From an uncultured Phycisphaerales bacterium (GTDB lineage Bacteria; Planctomycetota; Phycisphaerae; Tepidisphaerales; Tepidisphaeraceae): DNA of 64,000 nucleotides. The stretch's first letter is position 1. Every line of letters begins with the position of its first letter. Of the stretch, positions 32,748 to 43,052 are shown piece by piece. The position numbers were made by a program, and so were the translations under genes. The stretch spans positions 544,001 to 608,000 of the forward strand of contig CAWJPJ010000008.1 in the NCBI GenBank assembly GCA_963844715.1, read 5' to 3'. The notes beneath the pieces were generated by a model. That model had not been told where the DNA came from. It saw only the letters and a program-made list of their open reading frames with translations, and searched no databases.

Positions 32748-33993
32748 TGATGTGAAGTTTGGTTTGCCATGGCCAGGGAGCGAACGCCGGCGAGCCAGAG
32801 GACGAGGGTCGCAAGGGTCATCGGCAAATTGATGAGGAAGCCGGTATGCACGGAATCGGTGTATGCGGCGGAAAGGCGACGGCTCAGCTCGCCCGGCCAG
32901 ATAAAATATGCCAAGCGACCCAAGCGGAGGTCGTAGGCGAAGGAGAGGAGGTTGGTCAGCGTTACGATGATTGCGATTGCGGCGAGAATAATTTTGAAGC
33001 TGCGCGGGCGCTGGATGTAGGCGATACAGAGAAGGGCGCGGGCCACATCCAATATTGGGGGCAGTAGCCGGTGCCGAATTCGAAAAGTCCGATGAGGATG
33101 AGGGCGGCCAGGAGGATTAAATTGCCGTCGTTTTTGACGGGGCGGAGCCAAAGCTGGATGGCGACGAGGGCGAGCGCGATAAAGACAATGGCGGAGAAGA
33201 TCGGGTTGTAGCGGGTGACGGCTGAGATGCCGCCGAGGTCTAGGAGCAAACCGCTGGCACCGGCGGCGCCCTGGGTTCCGCGGTAGAAGATGACGAATTT
33301 GGAGATGGGGCGGGAGTTGAGTGCAAAGAGGGGCGCGAGGGAAAGAGCGGCGGGGCCGAGAACGAGTGCGGCGCCGAGGAGGCGGGTTTTCAGATTCAAC
33401 GGGCGGGCCTGGCCGATGAGGAGTGGGGCGAGAACCAGAGGGAATGTCTTGGCGAATCCGCCGAGGCCGAGCCAGGCGGCGGCCCATAGCCAGTCGATGG
33501 GGTTTTGCCCGCTTCGGAATCGAATCAGCGATGCGAAAAACCAGAGGATGAAAATCGTTGGGATGACATCGAAATTTCCCTGCTGGATGGTCAGCAAAAT
33601 CATGAACGGGTTCAGGCAGAGCCCCCAGAGGATTGGGAAGAAGGCGCGCTGCTGAGATTTTAAGAGTTGGAGGAGATGCCAGAGGGAGGCGATCAGGACC
33701 ATGTCGCCGGTGATGAGGAGGAGGCGAACGGTTGTGAAGAGGGACCAATCGAGCCGATCGCAGACCCGGCTTAGGACGAAGAGCACTTCCATCCACATGG
33801 GGGGCCAATTGAGAATTTGATATTTCACGTAGGGATTGATGCCGACGAGCATGGCGGCGGCGACGATGCGCCAATCCTTCAAATCGGCGGAATAGGCTTG
33901 CGCCGGCCAAATGAGGAGAAAGAGGAGGCGTGCGGCGGCTGCGCAGGCGAGGAGGGTCCAGACCCCGCGGCGGTCGATCGAACGCGCGTTCAC
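32744..33993 (-). CDS. GT87-like (GT-C) membrane glycosyltransferase, paralog 1 (frameshift near 33040)
   Basis: SADL, NPY, NWPP, QGNFD, KTFP, PQYWMW. Confidence 0.75.
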
Positions 33994-34077
33994 GCGGGAA
34001 ACATATCCTTATGGATCGTGTTCGGCCACTTGCCGCGGGAACTCGGTTATCTATCCTTACGCGGCAAAGGAGTACGC

Positions 34078-35034
34078 ATGGCCAAAGTTCGCAAGGCGGT
34101 GATCACGGCGGCGGGACGCGGAACGAGGCAGTATCCGGCATCGTCGGCGGTGCAGAAGGAGATGTTTCCGCTGGTGGATCGGGACGGGCTGACCAAGCCG
34201 ATCATTCAGATCATCGGGGAGGAGGCGATCGATTCGGGGATCGAGGAGATTTGCATCGTCACCCAGCCGGGGGAGGAGAAGCATTACCGGGAATATTTCC
34301 GGCGGCTGGATGACGACGATGCGAAGAGGTTCCGCGGCAAGGACTGGGCGATCCTGGAGTCGGAGAAACTCGGGGCGTTCGGGGATCGATTGTATTTCGC
34401 GGAGCAGCATGAGCCGGAGGGGTTTGGGCACGCGGTGTATCAGGCGAAGTCATTCGTGGGGGACGAGCCGTTTCTGCTTCTGTTGGGGGACCACATTTAT
34501 ATCAGCGATGTGAAGGACCGTTGCGCGCGGCAACTGGTGCGGATTTACGAGCAGTACATGCTGGATGCGCTGACGGCCGTGCAGCCGACGCTGGAGAGGC
34601 ACTTGCATTTATTCGGGACGATTCGCGGGCAGCCGATCGATCCGAGCAAGGGGATTTACAAGGCGGAGTTGATCATCGAGAAGCCGAGTATCGAAGTGGC
34701 GAGGGAAAAGCTGGTGACGCCGGGACAGCCGGCGGGGAATTATCTGGCGCATTTCGGGATGCACATTTTTTCGCCGCGGATTTTTGACTCGCTGGAATAT
34801 CTGATCAAGAACGACATTCGCGAGAAGGGGGAGATTCAACTGACGGCGGCGCAAGAACACTTGCGTCAAAATGTGCAAAAGTATTGGTGTCTTGTGACTC
34901 AGGGGCAGCGGTACGATACCGGAATTCCCTACGGACTGATGGAAACCCAATTGGCGCTGGCGCTTAATGGCGTTCATCGGACGGAAATCTGCGAGGCGAT
35001 CGCGAGAATATTGGCTACGCAAGTGAAGAATTAG
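34078..35034 (+). CDS. UTP-glucose-1-phosphate uridylyltransferase-like nucleotidyltransferase (GalU-like)
   Basis: KAVITAAGRGTR...KEMFP, QHEPEGFGHAV, LLLGD, IEKP, GEIQLT. Confidence 0.88.
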   Translation: MAKVRKAVITAAGRGTRQYPASSAVQKEMFPLVDRDGLTKPIIQIIGEEAIDSGIEEICIVTQPGEEKHYREYFRRLDDDDAKRFRGKDWAILESEKLGAFGDRLYFAEQHEPEGFGHAVYQAKSFVGDEPFLLLLGDHIYISDVKDRCARQLVRIYEQYMLDALTAVQPTLERHLHLFGTIRGQPIDPSKGIYKAELIIEKPSIEVAREKLVTPGQPAGNYLAHFGMHIFSPRIFDSLEYLIKNDIREKGEIQLTAAQEHLRQNVQKYWCLVTQGQRYDTGIPYGLMETQLALALNGVHRTEICEAIARILATQVKN

Positions 35035-35179
35035 GGACCCAACCGTTTTTTTGGAAATATTTCCCCGCGACAGTTTTGCACCCTGCGCCAAAAAATCTAT
35101 ATTGGAGCACTCCACAATCTTGCCAAAATGGCCGATATGTAAGCCAGAAATGGGCAATAAAGCCATGGGAGTATTACCA

Positions 35180-35529
35180 ATGACAGACAACGTTGAAATT
35201 GAGAAGCGAGGTATTTTCCAGGAGTTGTTCAAGCTCGGAGGGCCCAAAGGGCAGGCGATTGACTATTCCGCCCGCCAAGTGGTCTACGAGGCGGGCGACC
35301 CGGCGCGTTGGTTCTATTTGATCGAATCCGGAGAGGTTCGACTGTTTCACGCCAACGGTCATTCGACCACTCGCCTGCTGGATATTCTGGGAACGGGCGA
35401 CTGGTTGGGATCGGCCGCGCGAGAGACGATCAGCGTCTGCCTCACCGAACTGCGTCACCAGAACATGGTGCTGACGGGCGCAACCAGCTGAGATTTGATC
35501 CACGGCGGCTCGAGCAAATGGGGGCGTGA
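35180..35529 (+). pseudogene. Crp/Fnr-family regulator with a large internal deletion
   Basis: cNMP-domain start (YEAGDP..FYLIESGEVRL..GDWLG) joined directly to the HTH tail (AARETISVCLTELR). Confidence 0.75.
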
Positions 35530-35598
35530 ACTTTAGGGCAGGGCGAGTTTGCCGCGGGCGTTCGATTCTGCGCTGGGCGCAAACTTATTCTCTATATA

Positions 35599-36588
35599 TC
35601 AATTCTGCTGGGTGGCTTGGCGGCTCGGCGTTTTGCCTGAGGCTTTGGCGCGGTACATGGCCGCGTCGGCGAGGCAGACGAGTTGCTCGGCGCTGGTCGG
35701 GCAGTCATTCTGCCGGGACGCGATGCCGAGGGACATGTTGACGCCTTCGTTGCGGCGGATCACGATCGCGGAGCCCTGGCGAAAATCATCGCGAATTCGC
35801 TGGGAAACGCCTTGCGCTTCGGCGACGGTGGTGTGCGGGAGAAGCAGTACGAATTCATCGCCACCGTAGCGGGCGGCGATGTCCATCTTTCGGAGATTGG
35901 CGCGGATGACTTTTCCGGCGACGACGAGCAATTGATCGCCCAGGGCGTGGCCGAAGGAGTCGTTGAGCTGTTTGTAGCCGTCCAGGTCGATCATCACGCA
36001 AGAGAGGTCGGAACCGATTCGTTCGCTTTCGGAATAGAGCTGTTCGAGGACGCGGCCGAAATGCCGGCGGTTGTAGAGGGCGGTCAACGGGTCCGTTGCG
36101 GCTAGTTCCTCGACTTTGATCAGCGATTGCTCGAGCTGGATGTTTTTATTTTTGACTTCGCGCAGGGCCCCTTCGAGTTCGGCCCGCAGGCGCTGATTTT
36201 CCGCTTCCATCTTGGCGACGGCGAGATTCTTCTCGACGATGAGGGGAATGGTGAAGAGATAGTCGCCGAACTTTACGACGTAATCGGTGGCGCCGTTGCG
36301 GACGGCTTCGGTCGCGATGCGGGCCACGTTTTCGCCGGTGACGAGAATGACGGGGGTGCGGCAGCGGCGGCGGACCTGCATGAGCAATTCCATGCCGGTG
36401 CCGTCGGTCAGGTTGTAGTCGGTGATGATCAGGTTGAAGGCATTGAGGTCTTCGGCCAGGGCGGCACGGATTCCGTCGACGGCCATTACTGTGCCGGCGC
36501 CGAAGCGGTCTTCGAGCGTTTCGCGGATCAACTGGCGCTGATCGGCGTCATCCTCGACGAGAAGAAGATTAAGTTTGTCCGTGTCCAT
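35599..36588 (-). CDS. Response regulator-diguanylate cyclase (REC-GGDEF)
   Basis: LLVEDD REC domain, coiled coil, TDPLT, DLDGYKQLND, RKMD I-site, ARYGGDEF. Confidence 0.93.
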   Translation of the reverse strand: MDTDKLNLLLVEDDADQRQLIRETLEDRFGAGTVMAVDGIRAALAEDLNAFNLIITDYNLTDGTGMELLMQVRRRCRTPVILVTGENVARIATEAVRNGATDYVVKFGDYLFTIPLIVEKNLAVAKMEAENQRLRAELEGALREVKNKNIQLEQSLIKVEELAATDPLTALYNRRHFGRVLEQLYSESERIGSDLSCVMIDLDGYKQLNDSFGHALGDQLLVVAGKVIRANLRKMDIAARYGGDEFVLLLPHTTVAEAQGVSQRIRDDFRQGSAIVIRRNEGVNMSLGIASRQNDCPTSAEQLVCLADAAMYRAKASGKTPSRQATQQN

Positions 36589-36767
36589 ATTGCTTAACTG
36601 GCGTTGCGGCACGGGCCGCGACGAGCCTGGCGTCAATGATCAGCTACGATATAGCCCTGGGGGCTGCAACCGCGTTTTTGAGGGTTTTTCGAGGCAGTCA
36701 CGTCCGTTTTCCTTTGTTTATCGGAATGTTTGGCAAGAGGGTGAAGACTTGCCGTTTGTGATCCGGC

Positions 36768-37295
36768 TCATCTACGGCACTCCTCCGGCGGCAAATGATG
36801 CTCCGGATATTGGTGGATGGTCAGCCAGTACTTCGTGCTGGTCAGGACCGTCTGGAGAAATTGCTCGGCTTTTGCGGGTTTGATGGTGTAACTGTTGGCG
36901 CCGGCATCGGCGGCGAGGCGCATCTGCGTTTCATCGCTGACTCCGGTCATCATCACCACGGGGATTTCGCGGAGATTTTCCTGCGACTTGATCCACTTGA
37001 GCAACTCGATGCCGTTCATGCCGGGCATTTCGATGTCGAGATAGATGAGACCCGGGCGGGGCGCGTTGGCCCACTCGCCGCGGCGGAGGAGGAATTCGAT
37101 GGCCTCCTGGCCGTTGGCGGCTTCGTAGACGTAGTTGCTCACCTTGCTTTCGTTGATGGCGTCTCGGATGAGCATGCGGCAATCCGAGTCGTCATCGACG
37201 AGCAGGATGGTGATGGCTTGCGCCGCCTCGCGCCGGCGCATCGCGGCGTTGGAGGACTTTTTCTGGTGACGATTGGATACGGAATCGTGAGACAT
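36768..37295 (-). CDS. Single-domain response regulator (Rcp1-like)
   Basis: LLVDDD, PGLIYLDIEMP, IPVVMMT, GANSYTIKP. Confidence 0.9.
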   Translation of the reverse strand: MSHDSVSNRHQKKSSNAAMRRREAAQAITILLVDDDSDCRMLIRDAINESKVSNYVYEAANGQEAIEFLLRRGEWANAPRPGLIYLDIEMPGMNGIELLKWIKSQENLREIPVVMMTGVSDETQMRLAADAGANSYTIKPAKAEQFLQTVLTSTKYWLTIHQYPEHHLPPEECRR

Positions 37296-37298
37296 AGG

Positions 37299-38987
37299 TC
37301 ACTCCTTGCTTGGAACGGCATCATCGCCGTTTTGCGAAATCGCGGCGCCGGGAAGGCGCGACGCGACGTACTGGCCGTTAAAGGTGAATCGGAAGGTGCT
37401 TCCCTCGGCGGGTTTGCTTTCGACCCAGATGTTTCCGCCGTAGGTTTCGACGATGCTTTTCACGCTGGCCAGGCCGACGCCTTTGCCGGCGATGTTGCGC
37501 GACATGGAACTTTTCCCGCGGCGGAAGACGAAGAAAATCCGGCTGACGTCCTCGGTGTCGATCCCGAGTCCGGTGTCGCGCACGTAGAACTCGGCTTCGG
37601 TGAGGCGGATCGAGCATCCGACGTGGATCTCGCGTTTTTCGCCGTCGCCCATGTACTTGATGGCGTTGTCGATGAGGTTCTGGAAGATCTGGCGGACCCT
37701 GGCGCGCTCGACTTTCAGGACCGGGAAGTCGTTATCCTGAATGAGGGCGATTTGGCCGGTTCTGAGATCGTTTTCGAAGATGGATTCGAGTTCGGAAATG
37801 AGCGGGCCGATCTCGACCATTTCCATTTTCTGGCGGCGGGTTTTGATGCGGGAAAGTTCCAGAAGCTCGGCGATGAGATCGGTCTCGGCCTCGACGTTTT
37901 TCTGGATTCTTTCCAGGCGGTGAATGACGTCTTCGTCGAATTTCGAGGAATATTTCATGAGCAGCATGGCCGCCATTCCCGCGATGTTGCGGAGGGGGGC
38001 GTTTAAATCGTGGCTGACGGCGCGGAGAAAATCCTCTTTTTCGGCGATTTCGGTGCTGAGGCGTTTGTTGGCGGTTTCGAGCTGCGCGGTGCGATGGGCG
38101 ACTTTGTGCTCGAGTTCGTCGTTGGCGCGATGGAGGTCATACCGCTGGCGGCGGACGGTGTTGACCATTTGATTGAAGGCGCGGGCGAGATCGCCGATGG
38201 CGTCGCGGCGATCGACGGCGACGCGCGCTTCGAGATCGCCGGCGGCGATCTGGTCGGTGGCGGCGACCAGTTCGCGGATGGGGGCGAAGATGCGGTGGAC
38301 GAGAAGGAAGGTCAGGGGCAGCCCGATGAGAACCATGGTGCAGCCGACGAAACCGGCGAAGAGCTGGTTCCTGCGGATTTGAATCTGCGCCTGCGCGGTG
38401 GAGATGCCGACGGACACATAGCCGAGGAGACTGGCTTTTTCGGTGGGGTCGCCGGAGTTGACGCCGCTGAGTACGGGGGCGCTGACCTGGAGATATTCGC
38501 CGACGCCGGGCCAGGTTCCCGAGCGGACCTGGGACAGCGACTCGATCTCGGGGTGTTGCACGGCATCCGGGACGGTGTTGGATTCCGAGTCGCGATGGAC
38601 GGCAGCGATGGCGCGACCCTGGAGGTCGTAAAAGACGACGAAGAGGATGTTTCGGGTCTTGAGCAGGTCGGAGCCGACGGTGCGGAGGGAGTCGACGTCG
38701 TTGGATTCGATCGAGGGCTGAGCGGCCAGGGAGAGGGTGTAGGCGATCTGGCGGGCCTGCTCGCCCATGATGTCGGCGACGCTGGCGCTGCTTTGCGAGG
38801 TCCAGACCCAGTTCGCGGCGGCGACGGCGCTGGTGAGGATCAGCATCGTGGCGGTGAGGATTCTGCCTTCGAGGCCGAGCCTGGGTCCGAGCCACCCGAC
38901 GCAGCGGCGGACGGCTCTTTGGGTCATCTCCCAGCAAGCCTTAATGCGGGGGTGCTCCAGGGCATTTGTTACCAGTCGCCACGACAT
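37299..38987 (-). CDS. Membrane sensor histidine kinase (HAMP-HisKA-HATPase)
   Basis: 2 TMs, HAMP, VSHDLNAPL, NLIDNAIKY, DTGLG, GVGLA. Confidence 0.94.
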   Translation of the reverse strand: MSWRLVTNALEHPRIKACWEMTQRAVRRCVGWLGPRLGLEGRILTATMLILTSAVAAANWVWTSQSSASVADIMGEQARQIAYTLSLAAQPSIESNDVDSLRTVGSDLLKTRNILFVVFYDLQGRAIAAVHRDSESNTVPDAVQHPEIESLSQVRSGTWPGVGEYLQVSAPVLSGVNSGDPTEKASLLGYVSVGISTAQAQIQIRRNQLFAGFVGCTMVLIGLPLTFLLVHRIFAPIRELVAATDQIAAGDLEARVAVDRRDAIGDLARAFNQMVNTVRRQRYDLHRANDELEHKVAHRTAQLETANKRLSTEIAEKEDFLRAVSHDLNAPLRNIAGMAAMLLMKYSSKFDEDVIHRLERIQKNVEAETDLIAELLELSRIKTRRQKMEMVEIGPLISELESIFENDLRTGQIALIQDNDFPVLKVERARVRQIFQNLIDNAIKYMGDGEKREIHVGCSIRLTEAEFYVRDTGLGIDTEDVSRIFFVFRRGKSSMSRNIAGKGVGLASVKSIVETYGGNIWVESKPAEGSTFRFTFNGQYVASRLPGAAISQNGDDAVPSKE

Positions 38988-39091
38988 AATAGCGCGGGCT
39001 GAGCCGCATCCTCTTCATCGTCGGGCGGGAATAGGGGGTTAAGATGTTATGGATTTGCGGGTTAAGCGTGATAACTCGGTTAGGGGGAGGC

Positions 39092-39246
39092 TTGCCAACG
39101 GAAGTGCGTCGGGTATGATTCCCGGCCTTGGCCCGGCATGCCTCAAGACCATGCCGGATGCCAGTAATGCGCGTAAGCCGGAGGCCGGTTGGTTCCCGCG
39201 GCGCTTGTTTTGAGTCCCGACTTGTCGGGATAGAAAGTCACTCCTC
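39092..39246 (+). promoter_or_regulatory. rpsD promoter and structured 5' leader
   Basis: TTGCCA-16 nt-TATGAT (39092-39119); leader stems CCGGCATG/CATGCCGG and CCGGCC/GGCCGG. Confidence 0.5.
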
Positions 39247-39846
39247 ATGGGCCGTTATCTCGGACCTAAGCTGAAATTGTCTCGACGGGTCGGCGTTCCC
39301 ATTGCCGACATTCCCAAACATGCGGGCCGCGGCGAACTCGAATTGCCGGGCATGCATGGGTATCGCGGTCGGCGCAATACGGAATATGGCGTCCGGCTGT
39401 GCGAGAAACAGAAGCTGCGATTCCACTACTCGATGCAGGAAAAGCAATTCAGGCGGTTTCTCGATATAGCGAAGAAATCCAAGGGAAATACCGCCAATAC
39501 GATGATCCAGTTGCTGGAGACGCGGCTGGACAACGTGATTCGGCGCCTGGGCGTGGCGCGGACGATCTGGGCGGCGCGGCAGATCGTGGCGCATGGACAC
39601 GTGAAAGTGAACGGGACAAAGACGGATATCCCGAGCTTCCTCGTGAAGCCGGGGCAGACGATCACATTCAAGGAAGGGATTCAGAAGCTTCTGCGGGAGA
39701 ACATGGAGCAGAACGCGGGGCACCAGGTTCCGAACTGGCTGGAGTGGAATCCGGCACAATTGACGGCGACCATTAAGGGGCAGCCGGTGCCGGAAGATGT
39801 GCCGTTTGAAGTCAACATGAACTTGATTATTGAGTTCTACCGTTAA
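39247..39846 (+). CDS. rpsD: 30S ribosomal protein S4
   Basis: MGRYLGPKLKLSRR, EKQKLR, LETRLDN, ARQIVAHGH, IIEFY. Confidence 0.98.
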   Translation: MGRYLGPKLKLSRRVGVPIADIPKHAGRGELELPGMHGYRGRRNTEYGVRLCEKQKLRFHYSMQEKQFRRFLDIAKKSKGNTANTMIQLLETRLDNVIRRLGVARTIWAARQIVAHGHVKVNGTKTDIPSFLVKPGQTITFKEGIQKLLRENMEQNAGHQVPNWLEWNPAQLTATIKGQPVPEDVPFEVNMNLIIEFYR

Positions 39847-39874
39847 GCGAAGTTCTTAGCGCATCGCATGTTAC

Positions 39875-39934
39875 GAAAGCCGACGGATGGCCCTTCGATA
39901 TACTCGGGGCAGGCATCCATCGGCTTTCTCTTTT
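39875..39934 (+). terminator. Probable rpsD terminator hairpin
   Basis: GAAAGCCGA.GGATG ... CATCC.TCGGCTTTC followed by TCTTTT. Confidence 0.55.
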
Positions 39935-40104
39935 GGGGCAGGTCCGATAACCTTTTGTGATCTTGGCGGTTTTTCCTGTTAGGCAGTTTCAAGTTGCAAA
40001 GTGCACCTGTCGATGTTCAAATGGGAAAGATAGATAAACAGGCTAATTGGTAATGCCTGTGATTGCCCATCCGGAATTAACACCGATGGGGTGTGAGGAA
40101 GCAC

Positions 40105-40668
40105 ATGAAGACAGTTTTCACGACGGGCGAAGCCGCTGAGATCTGCAAAGTCTCTCAGCAGACGATCATCCGTTGTTTTGACAGCGGCCGGCTGCGTGGA
40201 TTCCGGGTTCCGGGGAGCCGGTTTCGGCGGATTCCGCGCGATGCCCTGATCGCGTTCATGAAGGACAACGGGATACCCCCGGATGCCCTGAATAACGGGA
40301 AGATGAAGCTGCTGGTGGTGGACGACGATCCGGAGATCGTGGAGCTGTTCGTGGACGTGCTGGAGCGGGACGGACGGTTTGAAGTCCGGACGGCCAGCAC
40401 GGGGTACGACGCGGGGATCCTCACCCAGGAATTCGTTCCGGACCTGGTGATCCTCGACTACATGCTCCCGGACATCAACGGAAACGTGGTTTGCCAGACG
40501 ATAAGAAAGAACCCGAGCTTTGAGCATATCAAGATCGTGATCGTTTCCGGCGTGGTCAATCAGGACGAGATTAACGATCTTCTCAAGAGCGGCGCCGATG
40601 AGTTTGTGAAGAAGCCGTTCAATATTGAGAAGCTGATTGAACGGATCGGCGAGTTGTTGTCGGTCTAA
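40105..40668 (+). CDS. Excisionase-like HTH + REC response regulator
   Basis: FTTGEAAEICKVSQQTIIRCFDSG..GFRVPGSRFRRIP followed by a REC domain. Confidence 0.9.
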   Translation: MKTVFTTGEAAEICKVSQQTIIRCFDSGRLRGFRVPGSRFRRIPRDALIAFMKDNGIPPDALNNGKMKLLVVDDDPEIVELFVDVLERDGRFEVRTASTGYDAGILTQEFVPDLVILDYMLPDINGNVVCQTIRKNPSFEHIKIVIVSGVVNQDEINDLLKSGADEFVKKPFNIEKLIERIGELLSV

Positions 40669-40701
40669 GGTAGACCGGCACGTCGAGACGAAAAGCCCAC
40701 G

Positions 40702-42990
40702 ATGTCTTCCACCCCGGATCATCTCCAGGTCAAGCGCGTTGAGCTGATCGTCCAGCAATTGGACCAGCTACCGACGCTGCCGGCGGTGGCGATGCGCGTC
40801 CTGGACGCGACGGCGAACAGCGAAACGGATACCAGCCAGGTTGTGTCGCTGATCAGCAGCGACGTCTCCCTTACCGCCCGAATATTGCAACTCGTGCATC
40901 GCGCCGATCTGGGCGTGCGCGGGGACGTGAACACGGTCGACCGGGCCGTGATGCTTCTGGGGTTCGAGGCGGTCCGAAGCGCGGCGCTGGCGATTTCGGT
41001 GTTCGAGACTTTTTCAGCGCCCGCGCCGCACGGGTCGGGTTTTCAGCGGGAAGAATTCTGGAAACATTCAATCGCGGTCGCGTGCTGCGCGGAGCTTCTG
41101 GCGGAATCGGCCCACCGCGCGTACTGGGCGCAGAACGCCATGCCGGCTTCGGAGGCGTTCGTGTGCGGGTTGCTGCACGATATCGGAAAAGTGGCGCTGG
41201 ATACCATTCTGCCCAAGAGCTTTGCCCGGGTGGTGGAAGCGGCGGAGCTGCTTCGCGGAAACATTGCGGACGTCGAGCGATCGGTGATCGGTCTGGATCA
41301 CATGGTGGTGGGAAAGAGACTGGCCGAGAAATGGAATCTGCCGCAGGTGATGCGCGAGACGATCTGGCTGCATGGGCAGTTCCCCGAGGCGCTGCCTTCA
41401 ACGGTGAAATTTCCCCGCATGGTGAATTTGATCACGCTGGCGGACCTGCTGGTTCGCGAGCAGCATCTTGGGTTCAGCGGGAATTACACGTTCTACGCGA
41501 CGCGCGATCGGTGGCTCGAGGCGGTCGGGCTGGCGCCGGACATGATCACCGGGATCATGCCGAAGCTGATCGAGCGGATTGAATCTCGGCGCAGGTGCTG
41601 CATCTGAGCCAGGCGAGCACGAAGGAGCTGTATCAGCAGGCGTTGTCGCGGGCGAATCAGGAATTGGGGCGGGTAAGCAGCCAGCTTGCGACGAAAAATC
41701 GAAGGCTGGCGACGCGGGCGAAATTTTTCGACGCGCTCAGTTCGTTTCAGGGCGGGCTGACGCCGGACTCGGCGCCGCAGGCGGTTCTTCAGGCAATCGG
41801 TCAAACGGCGGTGGGGGTTTTGGCGGTAACGTGCGTGGGGGCGTTTTCGATGGGGCCTTCGCAGGATTACGCGGAGATTTTGCTGTTCGATGATTCGGGG
41901 GAACGATTCGAGACTTCATTGGTGGATTGCCCCGAAGCGCCCGGAGGCGCGCAGCCCGGTGACGGGCCGGTTTTGCATGCGGGGGACGAATTGGACTGGC
42001 TGCTGTCGGCGATTTCGCCGCGGCTGGTGGGGGATCAGCGTTTTTGGATGAGCCTCGAGGCGGACGGGGTTTGCATCGGAGGCGTGGTCTGGGGAGCCGC
42101 GACCGGTGAGGCTCAGCGGCTCAGCTCACAAGTCCAGGAATTATCCGCCCTGTCGGGGGGATGGTCGCTGGCGCTGCGAACGTCCCAGATTCGCGAGGAG
42201 GCCAAGGCGCTGAGCCGAGCAATTAGCGGAAACGAATCGGCGGCTGCAGAGCGCCAACAGCGAAATCTTGCGTTCCAAGAACTTGACAAGCATCGGTGAA
42301 ATGGCCGCCGGCGCGGCGCATGAGATGAACAACCCGCTTGCCGTAATCAGCGGGAGATCACAGTTGCTGGCGTCGCAATTAACGGACCCCAAGCACAAGG
42401 CGGCGGCGCATCTGATTCACGAACAGAGCCACCGGCTGAGTGAAATCATTACCGAACTGATGGACTTCGCCAAACCGATGCCGCCCAGCCCGCAGGAATG
42501 CGAACCGGCGGATTTAGTGGAGCGTGCTCTACACGATGCCAAGCAGCATACGGAGATAGCCGATAGGAAGATTGAGGTAACCATGGGAGACACCCCGGCA
42601 GTGGTGGTGGACCCCATGCAGGTTGCCGCCGCGATGACCGAGGTGATCGACAACGCGCTGTTGGCGACCGATCCGACCGGCGGTCATGTGGCGATTCATA
42701 CCGCGTTCGATCCATATTCGTCGCGCGTGGCGATCACGGTGACGGACAACGGATGCGGGATGGATGAGACGACGCTCAAGCGAGCGTTCGATCCATTTTT
42801 CAGCAGCAAGCCGGCGGGTCGCCGGCGCGGGATGGGATTGCCCAAGGCGCTGAGATGGGTGGAATCGAGCGGAGGCTCGATGCGAATGGAGAGCAGAGTA
42901 GGCGAAGGGACGCGCACGTTGATTTTGCTCCCGACCGCGCCTCCCGCCGAAGGATCGGCGGCCCGGCACGAGCGCAAGGCCGCGACTTGA
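40702..42990 (+). CDS. HDOD-domain histidine kinase (two frameshifts)
   Basis: LPTLP..FWKHS..GLLHDIGK (HDOD); middle GAF-like region; AHEMNNPL, DNGCG, FFSSK, GMGL. Confidence 0.87.
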
Positions 42991-43052
42991 GATGAACAGA
43001 TAAACCGAAGATCGGCCAGACCCCGCCGATTTTCCGTAGGCAGGGAGCTTAC

